Shown here: positions 43,300 through 55,500 of the stretch, one piece after another | Layout of the letters: the number at the start of each line of letters is the position of its first letter | Numbering within the stretch: position 1 is the stretch's first letter | NCBI GenBank assembly: GCA_963833985.1 | Contig: CAWIAD010000002.1 | Coordinates: 512,001-576,000, forward strand | DNA length: 64,000 bases | Source of the DNA: an uncultured Planctomycetaceae bacterium | GTDB lineage: Bacteria; Planctomycetota; Planctomycetia; Isosphaerales; Isosphaeraceae | Direction: 5' to 3' | Position numbers and translations under genes: made by a program | The notes under the pieces: model-generated | What the model was told of the DNA's origin: nothing | Databases searched by the model: none | What the model saw: the letters and a program-made list of their open reading frames with translations, nothing else

Positions 43300-43375
43300 C
43301 CAAGCAGAGTGCCAAGCAGAGTGCCAAGCAGAGTGCCAAGCAGAGTGCCAAGCAGAACCGCCCCAAGCAGAGTGC
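43300..43375 (+). repeat. 12-bp tandem repeat (CCAAGCAGAGTG)x4, one variant, one final copy
   Basis: Begins exactly at the 3' end of the last GTGGGTGGCCC motif. Confidence 0.95.
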
Positions 43376-43515
43376 AAACGTTGAGGATGAAGGCAGTGGC
43401 TGCGCTGAAAGTCAGCATGCGATGCAGGCCGGGAGGGCAACCGGTCTCTTCTCTCTTTTGTAATGCCATGAATCTTCAAGAGTTACGTTCACGATGGAGG
43501 GTCCCCAGCCAGGTC

Positions 43516-43531
43516 GGGCATGAAAGCTGCT
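43516..43531 (+). promoter_or_regulatory. Possible sigma54 promoter for gltBD
   Basis: GGGCATGAAAGCTGCT has GG-N10-GC spacing but three mismatches to consensus; ~125 bp upstream of gltB. Confidence 0.3.
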
Positions 43532-43657
43532 CTTTCGCCTGCGTTCTGTTCACGGGTCGTTCTCGCAGGTTCGTGCCTTTCACAGCTGAGACTCAGTCAA
43601 GTAGCTTCTTCGCCGCATGACCGGCTCAGCGTTTGAACGGTCAGGCCGGAACTGTCC

Positions 43658-46600
43658 ATGGCACAACTCAAGACTCCGGTTGACTTCGTATCGCTGCCGC
43701 TTGCGAAAGCAGGGCTCTATGACCCGGCTTTCGAGCGAGACTCGTGCGGGGTGGGGTTCGTGGCCGATCTCAGCCGCCGGAAGAGCCACGCGACGATTCA
43801 GAGCGGACTCCAGGTGCTCAAGAACCTGCAACACCGCGGCGCGTGCGGTTGCGATCAGGATACGGGCGACGGCGCGGGCATCCTCATGCAATTGCCCGAC
43901 CATTTCTTTCGAACCGAGAACGTGGCGCTGGCGGACCGGCTGCCCGCCGACGGAGATTATGGCGTGGCATTTGTCTTCCTGCCCCGCGGTGCATCCCAGC
44001 GCCTGATCTGCCATCGGACGCTGGAGGCGATTGTGGCCGCCGAGGGACAGAACATTCTGGGATGGCGTGACGTCCCCGTTGTCTCCTCGTCGATCGGCTG
44101 GCTGGCGCGCTCGCAAGAACCGGTGATGGAGCAGTTATTCATCGGCCGTGGCGAGGGGACGGCCGCGGGGGACGCGTTCGAGCGGAAACTCTATCTGATT
44201 CGCCGCCAGGCCGAGAAGTGGGCCTACTCGGAAAGCATCGGCAACGATGCCCTCGGTTTCGCGATCGCCAGTTGCAGCGCACGCACGATCGTCTACAAGG
44301 GCATGCTCAAGCCGGATCAGTTGCCGGTCTATTTTCCGGACCTGGGCGACTCCCGAATGGAATCGGCCCTGGCCCTGGTGCACAGCCGGTACAGCACCAA
44401 TACGTTTCCGCGGTGGGGGCTGGCACAGCCCTTCCACCTGCTGGCGCACAATGGAGAGATCAATACCCTTCAGGGCAACCTGCACTGGATGCAGGCGCGC
44501 CAGTCCCGGATGAAAAGCCGTGTGCTGGGCGCCGATCTGGAGAAGACCCTGCCACTCGAGTTCGAGGGCATGAGCGACTCGGCGGCCGTTGACCAGGTGC
44601 TTGCACTCCTGGTCCACTCGGGCCGTAGCCTTCCCCATGCGCTCATGATGCTCGTGCCCGAAGCCTACGAGGCAGACCGCTTCATCGACCCGGCCCGCCG
44701 CGCCTTCTACCAGTACCACAGCGGCCTGATGGAGCCCTGGGATGGGCCGGCCAGCCTGGTGTTCTGTGACGGCGTCCGGATCGGGGCCATGCTCGACCGC
44801 AATGGGCTGCGGCCCGGCCGCTACGCCGTCACGCACGATAACCTGGTGGTCCTGGCCAGCGAAGCCGGCGTACTGCCGATCCCGCCCGAGGCAATCCGGC
44901 TCTCGGGACGGCTGCAACCGGGAACGATCTTCCTGGTCGACCTCGCCGCGGGGCAGATCGTCGGCGATGCCGAGCTCAAAGAGTCGATCTGTCGCGCTCA
45001 GCCTTATGGACTGTGGCTGGAAAAGCACCAGGTCCACCTGGCGGACCTGCCCGCGCCGGCCGATGTCCCCGCGGCCGATCTCGAGACGCTGCTCGCCCGC
45101 CAGCAGGCCTTTGGCTACACCCAGGAGGATATCACGCGCATCCTGCTGCCCATGGCCCAGGACGGCAAGGAGCCGGTCTCGAGCATGGGCACCGACATCC
45201 CGCTGGCCGTGCTCAGCCGGCGCAGTCAGATCCTCCCCAATTACTTCAAGCAGCTCTTTGCTCAGGTCACGAATCCGCCCATTGATCCGATCCGCGAGAA
45301 GATCGTCATGAGCACCGAGACTCTCCTGGGTTCCGAGCAGAACCTGCTCGAGGAATCCCCGGAGCATGCTCGGCTCTTGCGTCTCAAGTCGCCCACGCTC
45401 AGCAACGCCGAACTGGCACAAGTGCGAGCCATGCGGTCGGTGGGCTTTCGGCCCCAGACGCTGTCCATCCTCTTCGACCGCAGCGCGGGCGAGGCTGATC
45501 TGGCGCCGGCGCTCGATCGCCTCTGTGCCACGGCCTTGCAGGCGGTCGACCGGGGTGCCACGATCCTCATCCTCTCGGATCGCGGCGTGAATGCCGACCA
45601 GGTGCCGATTCCCCCGCTGCTGGCAACGGCTGCCGTGCACCACCATCTCATTCGCAAGGGCCAGCGCACCCGCTGCGGGATCGTGGTCGAAACCGGCGAG
45701 GCGCGGGAGATTCACCACTTCGCGCTTTTGATCGGCTATGGCGCGGGGGCCGTGAACCCGTACCTCGTCGCCGAGACCTTCGAGGGCCTGGCGCGCGAGC
45801 AGTTGCTCCTGGAGGCTCAAGGCGCACCGCTGGAGCCCGGTCAGGCGTTGAAGAACTACACGAAAGCCATCGACGCGGGGTTGCTGAAGATCTTCAGCAA
45901 GATGGGCATCAGCACTCTGCTGAGCTATCGCGGTGCCCAGGTATTCGAGGCCATCGGCCTGAACCAGGCGGTCATTGACCAGTATTTCCCGGGCACGCCC
46001 AGCCGGATCGGTGGCATTGGACTGGAGATCATCGCGCGGGAGGTGCTGCAGCGTGTCGAGGTGGCGTTCCCGGGCGCGGCCGGTCCCGAGATCCCGCAGC
46101 TCGATCCCGGCGGTGAGGTCATGTGGCGGCGCCGGGGCGAGCACCACATGTGGAACCCCGAGACGATCCAGAAACTCCAGCACGCCCTCAAGAAGCAGGA
46201 GTTTTCCAGCTACAAGGAGTTTGCGGCCGCCAGCAACGACGAGAGCCGGCAGTTCTGCACGCTCCGCGGTCTGCTGGAGATCAAGCCCGCGCGCAAGCCA
46301 ATCCCGCTGGAGATCGTCGAGCCCGCCGCGGAGATCGTCAAGCGGTTCTGCACCGGCGCGATGAGCTTCGGCAGCATCAGCAAGGAGGCCCATGAATCGC
46401 TCGCCATCGCGATGAACCGGATCGGCGGCCGCAGCAACACGGGCGAAGGAGGTGAGGACCCCGCCCGGTTCCGCCGCGACGCCAACGGCGACTCTCGCAA
46501 CAGTGCCATCAAGCAGGTGGCCAGCGGGCGCTTCGGCGTCACCGCCCACTACCTGGCCAGTGCCCTGGAGATCCAGATCAAGATGGCCCAGGGGGCCAAG

Positions 46601-48240
46601 CCGGGCGAAGGAGGTCAGTTACCCGGCCACAAGGTGGACAGCTTCATCGCCAAGACACGGCACAGCACACCGGGGGTGGGACTGATCTCGCCTCCCCCCC
46701 ACCACGACATTTACTCGATCGAGGACCTGGCACAACTGATCTTCGATCTCAAGAACGCGAACCCGCACGCGGAGGTTTCGGTCAAGCTGGTGGCGGCCGC
46801 CGGCGTGGGAACCATCGCCACGGGAGTCGCCAAGGGATACGCTGACCGCATTCTCATCAGTGGCGACGGCGGCGGTACGGGAGCCTCGCCGCTTTCGAGC
46901 ATTCGCCACGCAGGTGTTCCCTGGGAGCTCGGCCTGGCCGAGACCCAGCAGACTCTCGTGCGCAACGGGCTGCGGGGCCGGGTCAGGCTCCAGACCGACG
47001 GCCAGATCAAGACCGGACGCGACGTCATCGTGGCCGCCTGCCTGGCGCAGAGGAATACGGCTTCGCCACGGCGCCGTTGATCGCCATGGGCTGCGTGATG
47101 ATGCGGAAGTGCCACCTGAACACTTGCCCGGTGGGCATCGCCACGCAGGACCCGGTGCTTCGCGCGCAGTTCTCCGGAACGCCCGAGCAGGTGGTCAACT
47201 ACTTCTTCTTCGTGGCCGAGGAAGTGCGGGAACAGCTCAGCGTCATGGGCTTTCGCACGCTCGACGAGATTGTCGGCCGGGCGGACCTGCTCGTTCCGGC
47301 CGACCGCCAGCAGCACTGGAAAGCCAAGCACCTCAATCTCCAGGCCATCCTCGAGGTCCCCAAGGTTCCCCATGGAACGCCGGTCCGTCGCGTCGAGCGC
47401 CAGCCCGACGTGCTGGCTGACCAGCTCGACTGGGAACTGCTGCGTCTCTGCACCGATGCCGTGGAGCACCAGAAGCGCGTCCAGCGGTCGCTGTTGATCT
47501 CCAACCGCAATCGGACGGTGGGCACCCTGCTCAGCTACTTCGTCACCAAGAAGTACGGCGAGCACGGGCTGCGCGAGGACACGATCGACATCCAGTTCAC
47601 CGGCAGCGCGGGGCAGAGCTTCGGGGCGTTCCTGACCCGGGGTATCACCTTGCGTATTCGAGGCGACGCCAACGATTACGCGGGCAAGGGGCTCTCGGGA
47701 GGAAAACTCGTGGTCGCCCCGCCCGCGCAGGCTGGTTTCACCGGCGGTCAGAACGTGATCGTGGGTAACGTTGCGCTCTACGGCGCAACCGCTGGCGAGG
47801 CTTTCTTCCGGGGCTGCGCCGGCGAGCGGTTCGCGGTTCGAAACAGCGGGGCCAAGGCCGTCGTCGAGGGCGTGGGCGACCACGCCTGCGAGTACATGAC
47901 CGGCGGCGTCGTGGTCGTCCTGGGCGAGACCGGCCGGAACTTCGCCGCGGGCATGAGTGGCGGTTACGCGTTCGTGCACGACCCCGCGGGCCGCTTCCGT
48001 GATCGCTGCAACCTCGAGATGGTCGATCTTGTCGCGGTCGATGATTACAAGGACGTGGGCTTGCTGAGCAACCTCATCAACCGCCACGTGCTCTACACCG
48101 GCTCGGACATCGGCAACGAGATCGTCAACGACTTCTCCAATGCCCTGGGAGCTTTCATCAAGGTCCTTCCCCGCGATTACAAGCGGGTTCTGGAGCAGAA
48201 CAAGATCGTCCAGAGGCAATGGGAGCTGATCAATGGCTGA
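43658..48240 (+). CDS. gltB: Glutamate synthase large subunit (frameshift near 47050)
   Basis: [54 protein letters not shown]; second frame [30 protein letters not shown]. Confidence 0.95.
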
Positions 48241-48296
48241 GCGAACGCCCTCACTGGACGCAGCGCTCCCCGTCGCGGCGGTGCTGGAGGGCGCAC

Positions 48297-49790
48297 ATGG
48301 CTGACCCTCGCGGTTTCCTCAACATCGAACAGCAGAAGGCGACGCCTCGTCCCGTTCACCAGAGAATCAAGGATTACCACGAGCTCTACCAGCCGATGCC
48401 CGTGGAAAGCGTGCGTGCCCAGGCCTCGCGGTGCATGGACTGCGGGGTGCCGTTCTGTCATAGCGGCTGCCCGCTGGGGAACGTGATACCAGACTGGAAC
48501 GAACTGGTGCATCGCAATCGCTGGCAGGAGGCTTTGCGGGCGCTGCATGACACGAATAACTTTCCCGAGTTCACCGGCAAAACCTGCCCCGCACCCTGCG
48601 AGGCGTCGTGTGTGCTGGCCCAGGCCGGCGCCACCGTGACCATCAAGGACATCGAGGCGGCGATCGTCGACCGCGGCTGGGAGATGGGCTGGATCACCCC
48701 CAGGCCGCCGGATCGGGAGACGGGCAAGACTGTCGCCATCATCGGCAGCGGGCCCGCCGGCCTGGCCGCGGCGCAGCAACTGCGCCGCGCGGGCCACGCG
48801 GTGACTGTCTATGAGCGCGATGATCGTGCCGGAGGCCTGCTCGCCTACGGCATCCCGGACTTCAAGATGGCCAAGGTGTACGTCGAGCGGCGGATCACGC
48901 AGCTCGAGGAAGAGGGGGTACGGTTCATGCTCAGGGCCGAGGTCGGTACGACGATCGACCCCCTCGAGCTGCGTTCCCGTCACGACGCCATGCTGATGAC
49001 CGTCGGCGCCACCGTGTCGCGCGATCTCGAGATCCCCGGCCGGCAGCTCAGGGGCATCGAGCTGGCGATGCCGTTTCTCACCCAACAGAACCGCCGCAAC
49101 CTCGGGGCTCTGAACGGCGAGACGCCGATCATGGCCACCGGGAAGAACGTCATCGTCATCGGCGGCGGCGACACGGCCGCGGATTGCCTGGGAACATGCC
49201 ACCGCCAGCAGGCCCGCTCGGTGACACAGCTCGACTACAACCCGCGACCACCCGAGGGCGAGAACCCCGACACTCCCTGGCCGCTCTGGCCCAAGGTGCT
49301 GCGAGTCACGCCGGCCCATGAAGAGGGCGGCAAGCGAGACTGGCAAATCCGGACCAAGGCGTTCATCGGCGATGATCGGGGCCACGTCAAGCAGCTGCAC
49401 GCCGTCCGTGTGTTCCAGTACTTTGATGAGGCCGGAGAGCGGCAGTTCGAGGAGGTCCACGGCTCGGAGCTGACCTTTCCCTGCGAGCTGGTCCTCCTGG
49501 CCATTGGCTTCTCCGGCCCCGAGAACCGGCTGCCCCGGGCTCTGGGCCTGGCACTCACCGAGCAGGGGGCTATTAGATGTAACCATCAATATATGACAAG
49601 TCAGAGTGGCGTATTCGCCGCCGGCGACTGCCGCAGAGGCCAGTCGCTGGTCGTGTGGGCAATCGCCGAGGGGCGGGAAGCCGCCCGGCATATCGACCAG
49701 TACATCATGGGTCAGCAGAGCCAGTTGCGAGCCCGCGATCGATCACTGGTCCAGATCGAGCCCCTGCCCGCGGCTACGCCGGGCGCCTGA
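48297..49790 (+). CDS. gltD: Glutamate synthase small subunit
   Basis: [58 protein letters not shown]. Confidence 0.95.
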   Translation: MADPRGFLNIEQQKATPRPVHQRIKDYHELYQPMPVESVRAQASRCMDCGVPFCHSGCPLGNVIPDWNELVHRNRWQEALRALHDTNNFPEFTGKTCPAPCEASCVLAQAGATVTIKDIEAAIVDRGWEMGWITPRPPDRETGKTVAIIGSGPAGLAAAQQLRRAGHAVTVYERDDRAGGLLAYGIPDFKMAKVYVERRITQLEEEGVRFMLRAEVGTTIDPLELRSRHDAMLMTVGATVSRDLEIPGRQLRGIELAMPFLTQQNRRNLGALNGETPIMATGKNVIVIGGGDTAADCLGTCHRQQARSVTQLDYNPRPPEGENPDTPWPLWPKVLRVTPAHEEGGKRDWQIRTKAFIGDDRGHVKQLHAVRVFQYFDEAGERQFEEVHGSELTFPCELVLLAIGFSGPENRLPRALGLALTEQGAIRCNHQYMTSQSGVFAAGDCRRGQSLVVWAIAEGREAARHIDQYIMGQQSQLRARDRSLVQIEPLPAATPGA

Positions 49791-50001
49791 GTGGCGGTGC
49801 CGTCAGATTCGATTCGACCCCGTTTCCCAGCCATGGTAAGGTGTATTGTTTGATTCCTGCCGCCCTCGGAGCCGAGGGTCTCCACAGAGATCCCGCAGTT
49901 CCGGTCCAGCCGGCAGAACGCCAGAACGGCGGAGGTGACTCAGATGTCTCCCGGTCCCATGCTCCAGACTCAGAGACTCCGCCACGGGCCAGACCCAGGA
50001 C

Positions 50002-51471
50002 ATGCCCGCGCTCGAGCCCGGACCGCTGCTCTTCGAGGACTACACCCTCAATCCCAAAGCCTGGGACGAACTCTTTGCAGCGCCCGGGCAGAGCCACCCG
50101 TACTGCAAGGTGCTGCTCGATCGACTGGGCGGTCTGAGCGTTCAGGAATTCCTCCAGCGGCGGAGCCTGGCGGACCTGGTGTTCATCAACAATGGCATCA
50201 CCTTCTCGGTCTACTCGGATCGGCGAGGCACCGAGAAGATCTTCCCGTTCGACCTGATTCCACGCCCCGTCAGCGGCAAGGAATGGGACCTGCTCGAGGC
50301 CGGGCTGGTCCAGCGCATCCGCGCGCTGAACATCTTTCTGGATGACGTCTACCACGATCAGCGGATTCTCAAGGAAGGGGTGATTCCCGCCGATCTGGTG
50401 CTTGAATCCAAGGGCTTTCGCCCCGAGATGATCGGCTTCTCGCCGCCGGGCAAGCAATACGTGCATGTAGTGGGAACGGACCTGGTGCGCGACCAGAAGG
50501 GCGAGTTCCTGGTGCTCGAGGACAACGGCCGGTGTCCGTCCGGCGTGAGCTACGTGATCGAGAACCGGGTGGTGATGAAGAAGGTTTTTCCCCAGCTCTT
50601 CCAGCAGTGCCGGGTGCGCAGGGTGGAGGATTATCCCCGCCACCTCTGGGAAGCGCTCAGCTCGGTGGCGCCGCCGGGCGCCGAGGATCCTCCCACCATC
50701 GTGCTGCTCTCGCCGGGACCTTACAACTCGGCCTACTTCGAGCACTGCTTCCTGGCCCGCCACATGGGTATCGAGCTGGTCTTCGGCCAGGACCTCTTCG
50801 TGCACGAGGAGCAGGTCTACCTGCGCACCACGCGCGGGCCCGAACGAGTGGACGTGATCTATCGCCGGCTCGATGACGACTTTCTCGACCCCCACTGTTT
50901 CCGTGCCGATTCGATGCTCGGCGTTCCCGACCTGATGAAGGCCTATCGCGCAGGGAACGTGACGCTGGCCAACGCCGTCGGCACGGGCGTCGCCGACGAC
51001 AAGGCCATATATCCTTTCGTCGAGGACATGATCCGCTTCTATATGAGTGAAGAGCCCATCCTTAGAAACGTGCCCACGTACATCTGCGCCCGGCCGGCAG
51101 ACCTGGCCTATGTGCTGGAGCACCTTTCCGAGCTGGTGGTCAAGTCGGTGAACGAATCGGGCGGATACGGCATGCTCATGGGCCCGTGGGCGACGTCGCA
51201 GCAGTGCGCCGAGTTCGCCGAGAAACTGCGCACGAACCCGCGCAACTTCATCGCCCAACCGGTGGTCACGCTCTCCACCAGCCCCACCTGGACCGAGGAC
51301 GGCCTGGCCCCGCGGCACGTCGACCTGCGGCCGTACATCGTCAGCGGCAGGTCCACCTGGGTCCTGCCCGGCGGGCTCACGCGCACGGCGCTGGTGAAGG
51401 GCTCGCTAGTGGTCAATTCCAGCCAGGGCGGTGGCAGCAAGGATACCTGGGTAATGGAGAACGGCCGATGA
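50002..51471 (+). CDS. Circularly permuted type 2 ATP-grasp protein (DUF404/407)
   Basis: GITFSVY, FPFDLIPR, VLEDNGRCPSGVSY, PRHVDLRP, VVNSSQGGGSKDTWV. Confidence 0.92.
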   Translation: MPALEPGPLLFEDYTLNPKAWDELFAAPGQSHPYCKVLLDRLGGLSVQEFLQRRSLADLVFINNGITFSVYSDRRGTEKIFPFDLIPRPVSGKEWDLLEAGLVQRIRALNIFLDDVYHDQRILKEGVIPADLVLESKGFRPEMIGFSPPGKQYVHVVGTDLVRDQKGEFLVLEDNGRCPSGVSYVIENRVVMKKVFPQLFQQCRVRRVEDYPRHLWEALSSVAPPGAEDPPTIVLLSPGPYNSAYFEHCFLARHMGIELVFGQDLFVHEEQVYLRTTRGPERVDVIYRRLDDDFLDPHCFRADSMLGVPDLMKAYRAGNVTLANAVGTGVADDKAIYPFVEDMIRFYMSEEPILRNVPTYICARPADLAYVLEHLSELVVKSVNESGGYGMLMGPWATSQQCAEFAEKLRTNPRNFIAQPVVTLSTSPTWTEDGLAPRHVDLRPYIVSGRSTWVLPGGLTRTALVKGSLVVNSSQGGGSKDTWVMENGR

Positions 51472-52523
51472 TCTCACGCGTGGCCGATCACTGTTTCTGG
51501 ATGAGCCGCTACCTCGAGCGGGCAGAGAACACGGCCCGCGTGCTGGAGGTCAACCAGACGCTCCTGCTCGATTTCCCCGTGCCCCTGGAGCAGCAATGGC
51601 AGCCGCTTCTCATCATCAGCGGCATCCACGACATGCCCAAGGACGCCGACGGCGAGCACGTGCAGCACCATCTCACCTGGGAGGCCTCGAATCATGCCAG
51701 CATCGCATCCTCGATCGCGGCTGCCCGCGAGAACGCCCGGAACATTCGCGAGGTGATCAGCGCCGAAAGCTGGGAGCGCCTGAACTATTATTATCTGTGG
51801 ATGCAAAGCAGCCAGGCGCAGTCGCTCTACCACGAAGACCGCAGCGCGTTCTACGGCCAGATCAAGCAGATCAACCAGCTCATGATGGGCATCAGCGAGG
51901 GGACCATGTCCCACGGCGAGGCCTGGGATTTCTTCCAGCTTGGCAAGTATCTCGAGCGCGCTTGCCAGACCGCGCGCATCCTCGACGTCAAGTACCACAT
52001 CCTGCTGCCGACCGTTGACCAGATCGGCACTCCCGTCGATCATGCCCACTGGGTGGCGATTCTCATGAGCTGCTCGGGCTATGAGCCGTTTCACAAGCAA
52101 CGTCCCGGCGCAGACCCCGGTACTGCCGTCTCCGAGTTCCTCATCTTCGACTCCATTTTCCCGCGATCGGTGCGCTTCGGCCTGGGCAAGTGCCGGACCG
52201 CGGCCTATTCGATTTCGGGCCGGCCCCTCGGCAGGCCGGGCAACCAGGTGGAGCGTGCGCTCGACGACCTGTTCGACTGGCTCAACCTGACGCGCATCGA
52301 CGACTTCGTCGAGGCTGGCCTGCACGAGGCGCTCACGAGCGTCATCGACCGGATCCACGGCATCGGCGATGCCATCCACCGCACGTACTTCGACCAGCGC
52401 GGCAGCGTGTCGTTTCCGGAACCGGTCGAAACCCACGCGAGGAAGCCGGCGCTCACCGCAACAGCTCAGGAGCGCTTACCGGCCTCGTTCTCCGCGGATG
52501 TGTCCCGCCATTCGACGTCGTGA
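51468..52523 (+). CDS. Alpha-E domain protein (DUF403)
   Basis: MISRVADHCFWMSRYLERAENTAR, ARENARNIRE, LGKYLERA, FPRSVRF; ATGA overlap with the upstream gene. Confidence 0.92.
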   Translation: MISRVADHCFWMSRYLERAENTARVLEVNQTLLLDFPVPLEQQWQPLLIISGIHDMPKDADGEHVQHHLTWEASNHASIASSIAAARENARNIREVISAESWERLNYYYLWMQSSQAQSLYHEDRSAFYGQIKQINQLMMGISEGTMSHGEAWDFFQLGKYLERACQTARILDVKYHILLPTVDQIGTPVDHAHWVAILMSCSGYEPFHKQRPGADPGTAVSEFLIFDSIFPRSVRFGLGKCRTAAYSISGRPLGRPGNQVERALDDLFDWLNLTRIDDFVEAGLHEALTSVIDRIHGIGDAIHRTYFDQRGSVSFPEPVETHARKPALTATAQERLPASFSADVSRHSTS

Positions 52524-52585
52524 ACTTTCCAGGAACAACCGCGCGGGCGCCTCATCCAGTGCCAGTGCCAGGATAGCCACCCTCC

Positions 52586-55500
52586 ATGCCGATTCACGTT
52601 GCCCTGAACCACAAGACCTCGTATCGCTACCACAGGGAGGTGTCGCTCTTGCCCCAGGTGGTGCGGCTTCGTCCGGCGCCTCATTGCCGCACGCCCATCC
52701 TCAGCTATTCGCTGCGCGTCCTCCCCCAGCCCCATTTCCTGAACTGGCAGCAGGACCCATACAGCAACCATCTCGCCCGGCTGGTCTTCCCCAAGCCGGT
52801 CCGCGAGCTGTCCATCGAGGTGGACCTCGTCGCCGAGATGACGGTGGTGAACCCCTTCGATTTCTTCATCGAGGAATCGGCCGAGACCTGCCCGTTCCGG
52901 TATGACGCGGTCCTGGCCCGCGAGTTGATTCCGTACCTGGAAACCGAACCGGCCGGGCCACGCCTTCAGGCCCTCGTTCATGCGCTGCGGCGAAGCGACG
53001 TGCGCACCGTCGATTACATCGTCGAGCTGAATCGCAAGCTGCACGAGCAGATTCGCTACGTGATCCGGCTGGAGCCGGGCATCCAGCCCTGCGAGCAGAC
53101 CCTGGACCGGCAGAGCGGCTCTTGCCGGGACTCCGCCTGGCTGCTGGTGCAGGTACTGCGGCAGCTAGGGCTGGCGGCCCGGTTCGTCTCGGGATACCTG
53201 ATCCAGCTCAAAGCCGACGTCCCCGCGCTCGACGGCCCCTCGGGAACAGAGGTCGACTTCACCGATCTGCATGCCTGGACCGAAGTCTATCTCCCGGGAG
53301 CGGGCTGGGTGGGGCTTGACCCAACCTCGGGGCTGCTCGCCGGCGAGGGGCATATTCCGCTGGCCTGCACGGCCGAGCCGGGCTCCGCAGCACCCGTCAC
53401 GGGCTCCTACACCTGGAGCAGCCAGCCTGGCGAGGGCGAGCACGACACGTGTGAAGCCGCGTTCGAGCATCTCATGTCGGTGCAGCGCATCCATGAGGAT
53501 CCCCGGGTCACCCGGCCATACAGCGACGACCAGTGGCGGGCCATCGAGGCGCTCGGCCACACCATCGACGAGCGTCTCCGCGCCGGCGACGTCCGCCTGA
53601 CCATGGGCGGAGAGCCCACCTTCGTCTCGATCGACGACATGGACGGCGACGAGTGGAACACGGCCGCTCTGGGAGACGCGAAGCGCAAGCTTGCCGGCGA
53701 GCTGCTCAAGCGTTTGAAGCATCGGTTCGCTCCCGGAGCGATGCTCTATTACGGCCACGGCAAGCTCTACCCCGGCGAACCCTTGCCCCGCTGGTCGCTG
53801 GGCTGTTACTGGCGCAGCGACGGCCTGCCGGTCTGGGAGAACCCGGAACTCTTCGCCGACGAGGACCGCGATTACGGCCACACGCCGGCCGACGCCCAGC
53901 GCTTCATCACCAGGCTGGCGGAACGGCTGGGTGTGGATCCTGAGTGCGCGCAGCCCGCCTACGAAGACGTGCTCTACTACCTCTGGCGCGAGCAGCAACT
54001 GCCGACGAATCTGGATCCCCGCAGCAACAAGCTGGACGACCCCGTCGAGCGGCACCGCCTGACGCAGGTCTTCGATCGTGGCGTGAGCCAGGTGGTTTCC
54101 TATATCTTGCCGCTGAAAGCGCAACAGGCCCAGGCGCAGGCCCAGCCGCAAGCCGCGGCGAGCGGGGACCGGAGCCGCTGGATCAGCGACCGCTGGAACC
54201 TCCGCCGCGGCAGACTCTTCCTGTTGCCCGGCGACTCGTCGGTGGGTTTCCGCCTGCCCCTGGGTTCGCTTCCCTGGGCCACCGAGGAGGATCGCGAGCC
54301 TTTCATCGAGGTCGACCCTTTCGAGCCCCGGGCGCCGCTTCCCCCGCGTGATCCCCGGCCCGCGCAAGCGCAGAAAATCTCGACGATGACCGACACGCCA
54401 CGCCAGGGCGGCGAACCAGATTCCGGCGAGCTGCGCAGGCACTGGGCCGTCGGCCAGAGCATCTCGGGCGTGGTCCGCACCGCGTCTGCGCCGAGCCGCG
54501 TGATGGCAAGATTCACGTCTTCTTGCCGCCCCAGGAGCGGCTCGAAAGTTATCTCGAGCTGATCAGCGCCGTGGAGGCCACGGCCCAGGAACTGAGTCTG
54601 CCGGTGATCATCGAGGGTTATCGCCCGCCCACGGATCCCCGGCTCGAGCATTTCAGCATCACGCCCGACCCCGGCGTGATCGAGGTGAACATCCACCCGT
54701 CGCATTCGTGGGACGAACTGGTGACGCGGACGACGATCCTTTACGAGGAGGCCAGGCAGACGCGGCTGGCCACCGAGAAATTCATGCTCGACGGCCGGCA
54801 CACCGGGACCGGGGGCGGCAACCACGTGGTACTTGGCGGCCCCACGCCCGCCGACAGCCCGGTGCTGCGACGGCCCGACCTGCTACGCAGCCTGATCACC
54901 TACTGGCATAACCACCCGTCGCTCTCTTACCTGTTCTCGGGGCTCTTCATCGGCCCGCATAGCCAGGCCCCGCGGATCGACGAGGCGCGGAACGACAGCC
55001 TCTACGAGATGGAAATCGCCTTCCGCCAGATCCCGGACCGCGGCGGCGCTCCGCCCTGGCTGGTCGATCGCGTGTTCCGGCATCTGCTCGTCGACGTCAC
55101 CGGCAACACGCACCGCGCCGAGTTCTGCATCGACAAGCTCTATAACCCCGACTCTTCCAGCGGACGGCTGGGCCTGGTGGAGCTGCGCGCCTTCGAGATG
55201 CCTCCGCACGCGCGCATGAGCCTGGCCCAGCAGCTCCTGATCCGCGGTCTTGTCGCCCGCTTCTGGGAAAGCCCGATGATCGACCGGCTCATCCCCTGGG
55301 GCACCGACCTGCACGACCGCTTCCTGCTGCCGCACTTCGTCGACCTTGATTTCCAGGACGTGATCGCCGACATGCGGGCCGCGGGCTACGCGTTCCAGCA
55401 GGACTGGTTCGCGCCTCACTTCGAGTTCCGCTTTCCTCAGATCGGCTCGGTCATCGTGAGCGGGATTGTCCTGGAACTGCGTCAGGCCATCGAGCCCTGG

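Larger units (their letters stand above)
40889..43300 (+). repeat. Right end array: 10 copies of GAATGTGG(G/A)TGGCCC, mostly followed by (T/C)AATCAGAC units, with a 340-bp higher-order tandem repeat; interrupted by IS701
   Basis: Motif starts at 41062, 42621, 42667, 42716, 42914, 42961, 43007, 43056, 43254 and 43286. A ~190-bp segment recurs at ~40889, ~42740 and ~43080. Identical spurious ORFs at 42625 and 42965 show the 340-bp period. Confidence 0.92.

Noticed and set aside
42590..43300. CRISPR array or protein-coding repeat ORFs (42625, 42696, 42965, 43036, 43222)
   Set aside because: These are nested copies of the element end and a 340-bp tandem duplication; the ORFs are chance translations of repeats.
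47030..47090. Naturally split gltB or programmed frameshift
   Set aside because: The break falls inside the conserved LGAEEYGF motif with no slippery site; a missing base is the simpler explanation.
44135..49691. Long minus-strand ORFs opposite gltB/gltD (804, 502 and 504 aa)
   Set aside because: Antisense shadows caused by GC3-biased codon usage.
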